The position numbers were made by a program, and so were the translations under genes. The notes under the pieces are model-generated. The model was not told the DNA's origin. It was given only the letters and a program-made list of their open reading frames with translations, and did no database searches. This document shows, one piece after another, positions 45,011 to 53,704 of a DNA stretch of 64,000 nucleotides (the stretch's first letter is position 1; the number at the start of each line of letters is the position of its first letter). Source of the stretch: Longimicrobiales bacterium (GTDB lineage: Bacteria; Gemmatimonadota; Gemmatimonadetes; Longimicrobiales; Gaopeijiaceae); the NCBI GenBank assembly GCA_965219445.1, contig CBDCNQ010000005.1, forward strand, positions 608,001-672,000, read 5' to 3'.

Positions 45011-45502
45011 TCACTCGTTCGACAGCTTCACGGCCGGCCGAGTGTCCACGGTCCAAGGCGGATAGGCAAGCGCGCCGGCCGGCAGCACCACGAATCGCTC
45101 CCCCTCGTCCCGAAGCGTGATCCTCCAGGTGGTCGCCTCGAGCCGCTCCAGGGTCCGGCGGGCCTCCTCGATCTCCAGGTCGAGGGCGGCCACCGTCTGG
45201 ATCCGGGCTTGGATGCGTGTCGACAGCCATTGCACCGTCGCCCAGCTCCCGCCGCAGATGCCGAGCCAGAGGCTCAGGCCGACGACCAGCGGCCGGAGCC
45301 AGGCCTTGAGCAGGAGCGTGTGCATCCGCCCGGTCGCCACCGCCGTATCGCGTTCGATGGTACGCAGCGCGTTGTTCGCAACGCGCCTGGAGTTCGCGCC
45401 GAGCCGCTCGAGCTCGCTCGTCGTCAGTTCCTCGATCGCCTGGCGTTCGCTCTCCAGCCGTCTCCGCAACCGCGCGGTCAAGTCGTTCGCGTTGGAAGTC
45501 AT
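45011..45502 (-). CDS. MbeB-like mobilisation protein overlapping the relaxase in another frame
   Basis: Coiled coil plus one TM segment (WLRPLVVGLSLWLGICGGSW); ColE1-like layout. Confidence 0.55.
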   Translation of the reverse strand: MTSNANDLTARLRRRLESERQAIEELTTSELERLGANSRRVANNALRTIERDTAVATGRMHTLLLKAWLRPLVVGLSLWLGICGGSWATVQWLSTRIQARIQTVAALDLEIEEARRTLERLEATTWRITLRDEGERFVVLPAGALAYPPWTVDTRPAVKLSNE

Positions 45503-46201
45503 GTGCGTACAGCTCTCCTTTCAGCCGCCACCGGTCTCCGGTCCTTGGATCAAGGGCCGTCAGGTAGTCCCTGCCCTGGCGCGGCACCTCCAGGCCCGCC
45601 TCCTGCAAGGCTGCGACGACATCGGCCTGGTTCTGTACGGTGCCGTGCTCGACACGCTGGAGCAGGTAGTCCCGGATCAGGTCGCGGGGGGAGGGCTCGA
45701 GCGCGAGGCCGGCCCGCAGCTGGGCCGCCTCGACATATGCGCGGTGCCCGGGTTGCTGCACCCGTGCCCGCGCCGGGTCATCCGGCCGGCTCCAGCCGTG
45801 TGCGGCGTTGAAGGCGTCGCGCAGCGGACCGAACGTCTTCTGCCAGCCCGGCGGCGCGATGTTGAGGCTCCGGCCGGTCTCGAGGTCGCAATCCGCCAAC
45901 GAAGACCCCGGCCAAGGACCTAGTGACGTCGCCGGCGCGACCGCCAAGCGGCATCAATTGGTCGCGGGAAAAGTATACCCTCTGGCGTTATAGTTCGGCG
46001 CCTTGCCGTCACGAGGGGAGGGGCCCTAGCCTGTGCTGCCGAGCTAGGATCAAAGGCATCATAGGGGCATGGCGACCGCTACCGGTACCGATCAGCAGCG
46101 AAGCAGCCCGAAGACGAAGAGGCGTTCTCCTCCGGGAACGGGTGCGCGTTCATCATTATTCGCGCAAGCAAGCAACCCAACCCGTCCTACCCAAGAGGAG
46201 G

Positions 46202-47263
46202 ATGCCCATGGAGAGGTATATCGGACTCGACGCACACGCGTCGAGCTGCACGCTGGGGATTGTAGGCCCCAGCGGCAAGCGCTTGGGCTCGCAGGTGGTG
46301 GAGACGAACGCGCGGGCGCTGATCGAGGTGCTGCGAGGGATTCCGAGGAACCGGCACTTATGCCTGGAAGAAGGGACGCTGTCGGGGTGGCTGTACGAGG
46401 TGCTGAAGCCGCACGTGGAGGAGCTGACGGTGGCGGGGGTCGGCAAGAGCCGGGGCCCGAAGACCGACAAGCTGGACGCGTTTGCCCTGGCGGAGAAGCT
46501 GCGGATCGGATCACTGGAGACGACGGTCTACAAGAACCGGGGCCAGTTCAGGCGGCTGGGGGAACGGGCGAAGAGCTACGACTTCTTGGTCGGCGACACG
46601 GTGCGGGTGAAGAACCGGCTCAAGAGCGTGCTGCGCTCGAGAGGAGTGGCCTACGGCGCGGGGCGCTCGGTCTACTTAAAGCGCGACCGGGAGGAGTGGT
46701 TGGCCAAGCTGCCGGAAGCGAGCAGGACGACGGCCGGGTTGCTGTACGAGGAGCACGACGCACTCGTGGCATTGAGGGCGAAGGCCGAGAAGGCGTTGCT
46801 GGCGGAAGCACGCAAGCATCGAGAGTGGCATGTGCTGAAGACGTGCCCGGGTCTGGGTCCGATCCGGACGGCGGAGCTCCTGCCGGTGGTGGTGACGCCG
46901 TACCGGTTCCAGAGCCGGAGCAGGTTCTGGGCGTACTGCGGACTGGGCGTCGTGATGCGGAGCTCGTCGGACTGGGTGCGGGGTCCGGGTGGGCGGTGGG
47001 TAAGGGAACCGGTACAGCAGACGCGGGGGCTGAATCGGAACTTCAACCACACGCTGAAGCGTGTGTTCAAGGGCGCAGCGACGACGGTGATCGGTCGGGC
47101 CGAGGACGAGCCCTTGTACCGCCACTACGAGCGACTCCTGGAGGGGGGCACGAAGCCGAATCTGGCGAAGCTGACGATCGCGCGTCAGCTCGCCTCGATC
47201 GTGCTAGCGGTGTGGCGCACGGGCGAAGCGTACGACCCCAAGAGACTGGAAGCGACGGAGTAA
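46202..47263 (+). CDS. IS110-family DEDD recombinase/transposase
   Basis: IGLDAH, LEEG, KTDKLDA, PGLGP, YCGL..RSS. Confidence 0.93.
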   Translation: MPMERYIGLDAHASSCTLGIVGPSGKRLGSQVVETNARALIEVLRGIPRNRHLCLEEGTLSGWLYEVLKPHVEELTVAGVGKSRGPKTDKLDAFALAEKLRIGSLETTVYKNRGQFRRLGERAKSYDFLVGDTVRVKNRLKSVLRSRGVAYGAGRSVYLKRDREEWLAKLPEASRTTAGLLYEEHDALVALRAKAEKALLAEARKHREWHVLKTCPGLGPIRTAELLPVVVTPYRFQSRSRFWAYCGLGVVMRSSSDWVRGPGGRWVREPVQQTRGLNRNFNHTLKRVFKGAATTVIGRAEDEPLYRHYERLLEGGTKPNLAKLTIARQLASIVLAVWRTGEAYDPKRLEATE

Positions 47264-47340
47264 ACCGGCCTGGGATCGGCGAGCGTGGGGTCGAAAGCGG
47301 TCACAACATGGGGTCCGACGAAACGGAAGCGAACCGGTTA

Positions 47341-47475
47341 CAGGGGACAGCATCCATACACACCGTGGGCCGGGGCAGAGAGCCCAAGCCCCCACTCAAA
47401 GGCTATGCACCCCTGGAGAGCCGAACGAAGCGATGGGCCACAGAGTCCCAGATAGAAGGATGGTTCCCGCTCCAG
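47341..47475 (+). ncRNA. Predicted bridge/seek RNA core (target loop and donor loop)
   Basis: CAGGGG/CCCCTG stem encloses TACACACC and TCAAAGG; a second stem encloses GATG and ATAGAAGG. Confidence 0.8.
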
Positions 47476-47748
47476 AGCGGAGAACGCGACGGCTGTGAAC
47501 GTCTTCCGGACTGCGATGCGGACCCTGCGAGCGCACCCCTCCCCACCCTGAGTCGTCGACCGGGCAATCCAAACCATGCGGACGCCGACGGTCAAAAAAT
47601 GAGCCGACGGCGCGTGGGGAAGGTGCGTCTTGACCGCCAGCCCCATAGAAGGGTGTGTAAAAAAAGAGGCGACGTACCTTTCCGCTAGGTAGTAAGAAGT
47701 TAACCAGCGAATCCCGGGTGAGCGCCCGGGGGAAAGGAACGATGCCTC

Positions 47749-48993
47749 GTGAGGAAGAATATGGTGGGACCCGAGAGTGAGTCCAGCACGCCGACGTGGG
47801 AGTGCTTGGAAGCGCTGGTTCGTGAGAAGGCCCAGGAGATGGTCCAGCGGATTCTGGAGGAGGAAGTGACGGAGTTGCTCGGCCGGGAGAAGTCGGAGCG
47901 GAAGACGGTCGTAGACCCGGCGCCAGGCTACCGCAACGGCTACGGCAAGGCTCGGCGGCTGGCGATGAGCTCGGGCACGATCATGCTCCGACGGCCCCGG
48001 GTTCGAGGCATTGAGGAGCGGTTCGAGAGTCGGGTGTTGCCGTTGTTCGCACGACGGACGAAGGAGGTGGGTGCTCTGCTTCCGGAGCTGTATCTGCACG
48101 GGCTGGCGGAGGGAGACTTCGAGCTGGCGATGCGGGGCCTGCTGGGCGAGGGGGCCCCGTTGTCGAAGTCTTCGATTTGGCGGCTGCGGGCGGGATGGAC
48201 AAGGAAATTCGAGGAATGGTCGAAGCGCTCGCTGGCCGACCGTGAGGTCGTCTACGTCTGGGCGGACGGGATCTACGTGAAGGCGGGGCTCGAGCGGGAC
48301 AAGGCAGCGCTGCTGGTGGTTCTCGGTGCGATGCGAGATGGTACGAAGGAGGTGTTGGCCCTGAGATCGGGCTACCGAGAGTCGGTCGAGTCCTGGTCCG
48401 AGGTGTTGCGGGATCTGAAGGCACGCGGCATCGAGGCGCCCCGGCTTTTGATGGCGGACGGCAACGCGGCGATCTGGGGCGCAGTACGGCAGGTATGGCC
48501 TGAGGCGGGCGAGCAACGGTGCTGGAACCACAAGATGAGGAACGTGCTGGACCGGCTGCCTCAGCGGGAGCAGAGCGAGGCGAAGGACCTTCTCAGGACC
48601 GTGGTCTACGCACCGAGGCGGTCCGAGGCGCTGAAGGCCCGTGAGGCGTTCGCCAGGCGCTACAGACCGTGGTATCCGAAGGCGGTGGATGTACTCGAGG
48701 ACGACTGGGAGCGGATGGTGGCGTTCTACGACTTCCCCGAGGACCACTGGAAGCATCTACGCACGACGAACGTGGTCGAGAGCCCCTTTGCCGCAGTACG
48801 GCTCAGGACAACGGCGGCGAAGCGCTTCAAGCGGGTCGAGAGCGCTACGGCGCTGATCTGGAAGCTGCTCTTGGTGGCGGAGAAGCGCTTCAGAAGGCTC
48901 GACGCTCCTCACCTCCTCAAGGACGTATTTGAAGGAAGAAAGTTCGAAGACGGAAAGCCCGTCTCAACCCAACAGCGGAAAAACGCCGCCTGA
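47749..48993 (+). CDS. IS256-family transposase, intact
   Basis: YRNGY, YVWADG, MADG, QRCWNH, RTTNVVES. Confidence 0.95.
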   Translation: MRKNMVGPESESSTPTWECLEALVREKAQEMVQRILEEEVTELLGREKSERKTVVDPAPGYRNGYGKARRLAMSSGTIMLRRPRVRGIEERFESRVLPLFARRTKEVGALLPELYLHGLAEGDFELAMRGLLGEGAPLSKSSIWRLRAGWTRKFEEWSKRSLADREVVYVWADGIYVKAGLERDKAALLVVLGAMRDGTKEVLALRSGYRESVESWSEVLRDLKARGIEAPRLLMADGNAAIWGAVRQVWPEAGEQRCWNHKMRNVLDRLPQREQSEAKDLLRTVVYAPRRSEALKAREAFARRYRPWYPKAVDVLEDDWERMVAFYDFPEDHWKHLRTTNVVESPFAAVRLRTTAAKRFKRVESATALIWKLLLVAEKRFRRLDAPHLLKDVFEGRKFEDGKPVSTQQRKNAA

Positions 48994-49153
48994 AACATTT
49001 ACACACCTATTGACCCAACCTCTTTCTCGTCATAGATGAAATCTCGTGACGAGCTGTGTCTCATGCCATGAAAAAAAACGGTGCCTGTCGGTCACGGCGA
49101 GCGCTCCTCCATTCCTCGTGATCTGCCTCGAAGGCAGCGGCGATCACGAGCGC

Positions 49154-49615
49154 TTACCGCCCCGGACGCTCCAGTTTACCTCGATGCAGCTCGTCGTAAA
49201 AGTCGAACATCTCCCGGTTGTAGTCCGGCTTCCGAGCCCCCTCGAACAGCTCGATGATCTCGAAGAGCATCTCGAGACGTTGAGCCATCGTAAGGTGACT
49301 CCTAAGATCCTCCGGCTCCAGAAACCCACGGTCGCAGAACTGCTGGGTTTTCCGGAAGTAGGACTTGATCAAGCGACGGGCGGCATTCGTGCGCTGCACG
49401 ATCAGTCGCCGCTCCTCTGGCAGGGCTCCCAAACGATCCAACTCGCGGAAAAGATCCGCCGCCCAGTCTCCATTCCCGCCACCACTCCACTGCCGGACGA
49501 GTCCGGCCGCCTGATAATACTCCTCCGACCAGAACTGGTCATGGAGATGGGAGATCAGCAGCGCGCGTTCGGTCGGTTCGGATCCTGCCACTTTCCCTCT
49601 AGAAGGCCATTGAGT
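49154..49615 (-). CDS. Hypothetical protein, 5' end uncertain
   Basis: Coherent C-terminal two-thirds of the 191-aa ORF. Confidence 0.35.
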   Translation of the reverse strand, partial: TQWPSRGKVAGSEPTERALLISHLHDQFWSEEYYQAAGLVRQWSGGGNGDWAADLFRELDRLGALPEERRLIVQRTNAARRLIKSYFRKTQQFCDRGFLEPEDLRSHLTMAQRLEMLFEIIELFEGARKPDYNREMFDFYDELHRGKLERPGR

Positions 49616-49844
49616 TAGGAACTCCGACAACGAGGCACCGCGGGAAGCGCCGACGGGGCCGTGGCACCGCAACTCATCAACATGTAACGTTACGTCAAAA
49701 ATGGTGGAGGGCACAGGGCCCGGAGACAAGAGCTGTTCCGAACGGGGGAGTGCTCAGCGTAGCCGGAGGCTGTAACGTGTCCCATCCCGAAAATCGCACC
49801 ATTCGCCGCCGGAGGCAGCCCTGCACCAGCGACTCCTGACAAGC

Positions 49845-50837
49845 TTGACACTCCTCGTGATGGCGGCCTGCGCCACCGAGCCTCCGGCCATGGTTGTCGG
49901 GGACGTGACCTTTGCCGAGACCGAGCTCCTTGGACTGAGTGATGCACGCCGTGCCCAGCTCGCGGGGATCACCGCGTTTGGGCTGGCCGTCGCGCGGGAG
50001 GAACTGCCTTCGAGCTTGGCTCCGATGCTCGAGCAAGCGAGAGACGCCGCGCTCCTGCGGCAGTTCGTAGCCGAAAAAGTCCTGGCTGAGACCGGGGTGG
50101 ATGATGAACAGCTCCGAGCCCACTACCTCACCAACCCCGTCCTCGAATTGACTGTGCGCCACGTCCTCTTCTTTTCAGAGCGCTGGCGCCCCAGCTCACA
50201 TCGGGAAGGCGCCCGGAGAAAGGCGGAGGCCGCCATCGTGCGCCTCGAGGCGGGGGAGCCGTTCGGGGAGGTGGCGGCAGCGCTTTCCGAAGAGCCGGGG
50301 GCCGAGGGCCGTCAGGGGTTGCTGCAGCCCGGGCGTGAGGGCTCTTGGGTCTCCGAATTTTGGAACGCCGCCCTTGCTTTGGAGCCGGGAGAGATCAGTC
50401 CGGTCACCGAAACACAGTACGGGTTTCACGTCCTCCACCTCGAGGACCGTCAAGTCGTTCCGTTCGAGGAGGCTCGTCCGGAGGTCGTGGCAAGGGTCTT
50501 CGCATTGATGGGGTACACGGAGGACGCGGTGGAGGGCGTCTCGATCGAGGACGCACGAGCTTCCACAATCGTGGTCGTCCCCGAGGCGGACCTGGCGGCC
50601 ATCACCCGAGATTTCGAGGATCGAACGCTTCAGTGGAGCGTAGCCCTGGGATTCGCTCCGGGTCTCACAGACGCCCAGGTGAAAGAGGCAGCTCGCGCGG
50701 CGCTGGGGGCTACCGAGCAACTTGCCACGATCGCCCGCGCCGAGCTGCGCGACGTGGCTCCCTTGCTCCGGGCGGCCTACCCAATCACCCTGAGGGAGGC
50801 CGGTGAGACCGAAACACTCGTACCACTCCGGCCGTAG
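49845..50837 (+). CDS. PpiC/parvulin-type peptidyl-prolyl isomerase, probable lipoprotein
   Basis: MAAC lipobox, VRHVL, ALSEEPG, ISPVTETQYGFHVL. Confidence 0.85.
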   Translation: MTLLVMAACATEPPAMVVGDVTFAETELLGLSDARRAQLAGITAFGLAVAREELPSSLAPMLEQARDAALLRQFVAEKVLAETGVDDEQLRAHYLTNPVLELTVRHVLFFSERWRPSSHREGARRKAEAAIVRLEAGEPFGEVAAALSEEPGAEGRQGLLQPGREGSWVSEFWNAALALEPGEISPVTETQYGFHVLHLEDRQVVPFEEARPEVVARVFALMGYTEDAVEGVSIEDARASTIVVVPEADLAAITRDFEDRTLQWSVALGFAPGLTDAQVKEAARAALGATEQLATIARAELRDVAPLLRAAYPITLREAGETETLVPLRP

Positions 50838-50845
50838 GAGAGAGA

Positions 50846-51517
50846 ATGACGGCACAGACCACACGAAAGATCACATTCTTGATTGGGTTCGCTGCCTACT
50901 TCAGCGCCATTTGGTATCTGTGGAACACTCCGGTCGTATACCCACTCAAGGTTTTCGTAGTCCTTCTCCACGAGATCAGCCATGCGGCGACGGCGGTCGC
51001 CACGGGTGGCACGATCGAACGAATTGTACTGGACCCCGATCAAGGCGGAGCCTGCTATTGCCCGGGGGGGAGTGCGTTTTTGACCCTTTCGGCGGGATAC
51101 CTCGGAAGCCTGGCTTGGGGCGGACTCCTGATCTCCGCTGGCCAGTTGAAACGTATCAACAGCCGATGGATCACGGGCGCGGTGGGCCTTCTCGTAATCA
51201 GCCTGACACTCGCCTACGTCCGTAGTACTTTCGGCTTCTGGTTCGGCCTCGCCTTCGGCTCCGTCCTCTTGATCGGGGCGCGCCGGCTCCCGGCCGCCGT
51301 CAACCAAGGAATCCTTCTGATGTTGGGCCTCACGAGTTGCCTCTACGCCATCCTCGACATCAAGAGTGACGTGCTCGATCGGCCGGAGCTCCGGTCGGAC
51401 GCCGCCATGCTCGGTGAACTCACGGGGATACATACCGTCGTGTGGGGCAGCCTGTGGATTACGGTGGCTGTCTTGGCTAGCGCGTGGCTATTCCAGTGGT
51501 CGTACCGACGAGCCTGA
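50846..51517 (+). CDS. M50B-family membrane metallopeptidase
   Basis: LHEISH, AGYLG, SDA; several TM segments. Confidence 0.88.
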   Translation: MTAQTTRKITFLIGFAAYFSAIWYLWNTPVVYPLKVFVVLLHEISHAATAVATGGTIERIVLDPDQGGACYCPGGSAFLTLSAGYLGSLAWGGLLISAGQLKRINSRWITGAVGLLVISLTLAYVRSTFGFWFGLAFGSVLLIGARRLPAAVNQGILLMLGLTSCLYAILDIKSDVLDRPELRSDAAMLGELTGIHTVVWGSLWITVAVLASAWLFQWSYRRA

Positions 51518-51870
51518 GTCGTACTATATGTAGTAGAAATGTAGTGGAAAACGGTAATTGAGGCGGGTGCCGGGTGGCGCCGAACCTCCCTTGATCTCAC
51601 CCACACTGAACGATACCTTGGCCTTGGCCGGGACACTGGCCTGGGCCGCTCTCAGCCTCCAGTGAGGGGGCAGGGAAGCGGACCGCGGGTCTGAGAGCCC
51701 GCCGGCGACAAGCCCAAAGTGAACTCGAGATTGAGGAGGTGATCAATTGTCTAGTCCAAGTAGTTTGCCCAACCTGGCGAGGGCAAGCGATCGCTGCTTC
51801 GGTATGTAGGAGCCGAAACGGCTTCGGCTGTCCGCACCGGTAGCGGCCTTCGCGCCGGGTTGCGGCAGAC

Positions 51871-51920
51871 AAAAAAAACGCGCCGTCGGGGGTGGTTACC
51901 CCGGCGGCGTGTTTCTCTTT
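51871..51920. terminator. Bidirectional intrinsic terminator
   Basis: A8, GC hairpin cgccgtcgggg/ccccggcggcg, T-rich tail. Confidence 0.75.
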
Positions 51921-51951
51921 CCCGGGTCCCCGGAAACGGATCCGGCCCTCG

Positions 51952-52530
51952 TCAGCCGAAGTAATCCGGCTCGTTCCCCACCTTCCACTTGATGTTGCAC
52001 CCGATACTGGGGCGTTGGTCCGAGGGAATGGACTCGCCCTTCAAGAGAGCCTCAACCGCAGCTCCGAGATCGGCTCCGGTGACCGGGACATCGTTGCCGG
52101 GCCGACTGCCGTCGAACTGCCCTCGGTACACGAGACGACGTTCGGCGTCGAACAGGAAGAAGTCCGGCGTGCAAGCCGCCTTGTAGGCCTTGGCAACCGA
52201 CTGGGTCTCATCGAAGAGATATGGGAACGTATACCCGAATTCGTCGACTTCACGGGCCATCGCTTCGGGGCCGTCCTGGGGAAACGCCTCGACGTCGTTG
52301 GAGCTGATGGCGACGACGGCCAAGCCCTGCCCCTGGTACCGCTTCGCGGATCGCGTCAGCTCTTCCCGTATGTGTTTCACGAACGGGCAGTGGTTGCACA
52401 TGAACACCACCAGTAGGCCGGGTGCGTCGGCGAAGTCACCGAGCACCACCGTTCGTCCACCCGGGCCCGGCAAAGCGAAGTCCGGAGCCGCCATACCCAG
52501 TGCCGCCATCGTCGACTCGGTGTTGGTCAT
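51952..52530 (-). CDS. Thioredoxin-family (AhpC/TSA-like) protein
   Basis: CNHCPFV, ACTPDFF, YRGQFD, SIGCNIKW. Confidence 0.92.
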   Translation of the reverse strand: MTNTESTMAALGMAAPDFALPGPGGRTVVLGDFADAPGLLVVFMCNHCPFVKHIREELTRSAKRYQGQGLAVVAISSNDVEAFPQDGPEAMAREVDEFGYTFPYLFDETQSVAKAYKAACTPDFFLFDAERRLVYRGQFDGSRPGNDVPVTGADLGAAVEALLKGESIPSDQRPSIGCNIKWKVGNEPDYFG

Positions 52531-52554
52531 TGATCCTCCATCTGAACTCTGGCT

Positions 52555-53040
52555 CTACCCCCTGCCGACCTCTAGCTGCTGGGGCAGCGTAACGAGATCG
52601 AGGACCTTGAAACGCCGCTCGCCCACGGGAAGCTCGATGGTCACCTCCTCGCCCTTACGTGCGCCCATGAGCCCTTGGCCGATCGGAGACGCCATGGAAA
52701 CCTGTTCGCCGTCCAGGTCCATGAAATCGCCGGCCACGATGGTGAAGTTGGACACTTCATCCACGGCTAAGTCGTGGATCTCGACACGAGACCCGAAGCC
52801 GACACGATCGGCGGGCATCGCATCCACATCGATCTTCGACAACTCCGATAAACGGTGAGTCAGATGCCCGATCCGGACCTGCACGAATTGCTGCCGTTCG
52901 AGGGCCGACTTGTACTCAGCGTTTTCCCTGAGGTCACCCAATTCCACAGCCTTCTCGATTCTTTGCGGAATGAGAACGTTGAGCTCGTGAGCGAGTTGCT
53001 CGATCTCCTGCCCGATCTTCTCCCGAATCTCGTCAAGCAT
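52555..53040 (-). CDS. greA: GreA/GreB elongation factor
   Basis: GDLRENAEY, SPIGQGL. Confidence 0.9.
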   Translation of the reverse strand: MLDEIREKIGQEIEQLAHELNVLIPQRIEKAVELGDLRENAEYKSALERQQFVQVRIGHLTHRLSELSKIDVDAMPADRVGFGSRVEIHDLAVDEVSNFTIVAGDFMDLDGEQVSMASPIGQGLMGARKGEEVTIELPVGERRFKVLDLVTLPQQLEVGRG

Positions 53041-53328
53041 AAGGGGCGGCCTTGGAGAACCTTTGTGAGTTGGGAGGCCCGAACGGGCGCAGCGATGGAC
53101 GTTTTCTCCTTCTCATCCACCAGGAAGGTGCGGCCTCGCCGGGTAAATTAGTCTTTTCGCGATCTCCAACAAGTGGCGCATTGAAGCGCTCGACGACGCG
53201 CATGCCGTCCGGGGGGAGGGACCCTAGCCGTCACCGCCTGCAGGTGGGTTTGGCTTGGGTAGGTCGGGCTTTTCTGCCGAACGGCGTAGAGCCCCCCCCA
53301 ACCGAGTGTCCGTCCCCTCAGAGACGTC

Positions 53329-53670
53329 CTATCCGACGGCCGGGCTCCCCGACTCCCCGGTGCGGATCCGGTAGCACTCGGCCAATTCTACCACGAAGAT
53401 CACACCATCTCCGAAGCTTCCGGTCCGCGCACCCCCGATGATCGCCTCCCGCGTGCGTTCCAGGAACTCGTCGTTCACGGCGATCTCCAGGCGGACCTTC
53501 TTTCGAAGTAGGATCTCGAACTCCGCGCCGCGGTAGGTCTCTGTATACCCGCCCTGCTGTCCAGCACCCTGGGCGTTGACGACCGACATTCTCCCAACGC
53601 CTACCTCAGTCAACGCCGTCTTCACGTCATGAAGAGCATGAGGCTGTATGTATGCGATTACGAGTTTCAT
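53329..53670 (-). CDS. glnK: P-II nitrogen regulator
   Basis: YRG T-loop, ARTG..GDG.IF; downstream of amt. Confidence 0.88.
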   Translation of the reverse strand: MKLVIAYIQPHALHDVKTALTEVGVGRMSVVNAQGAGQQGGYTETYRGAEFEILLRKKVRLEIAVNDEFLERTREAIIGGARTGSFGDGVIFVVELAECYRIRTGESGSPAVG

Positions 53671-53704
53671 CAATTTGCTCCGTTCGTATTAAGCCAGGGG
53701 CTCG

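Larger units (their letters stand above)
44762..45900 (-). pseudogene. mbeA: ColE1-type MbeA/MobA relaxase, 5'-truncated and frameshifted
   Basis: DLETGRSLNIAPPGW..GWSRPDDPAR; C-terminal RGRERDYGPSR; nested mbeB/mbeD-like frames. Confidence 0.7.
46057..47652 (+). mobile_element. IS1111-type (IS110 family) element with shared AAGG junction sequence
   Basis: AAGG at 46053-46056 and 47649-47652; imperfect sub-terminal IR ggggcatggcg / cgccagcccc; long 3' non-coding end. Confidence 0.9.
46041..49022 (+). mobile_element. IS256-family element whose left TIR is split by an IS110-family insertion
   Basis: gagctaggatcaaagg (46041-46056) + gtgtgtaaa (47653 on) rebuilds the IRL; IRR ends 49022; flanks do not form a TSD. 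Confidence 0.9.

Noticed and set aside
45923..46201. N-terminal extension of the IS110 ORF
   Set aside because: Crosses the element boundary; the RBS supports a start at 46202 or 46208
53200..53320. Possible structured RNA between glnK and greA
   Set aside because: G/C runs could pair, but no recognisable family motif
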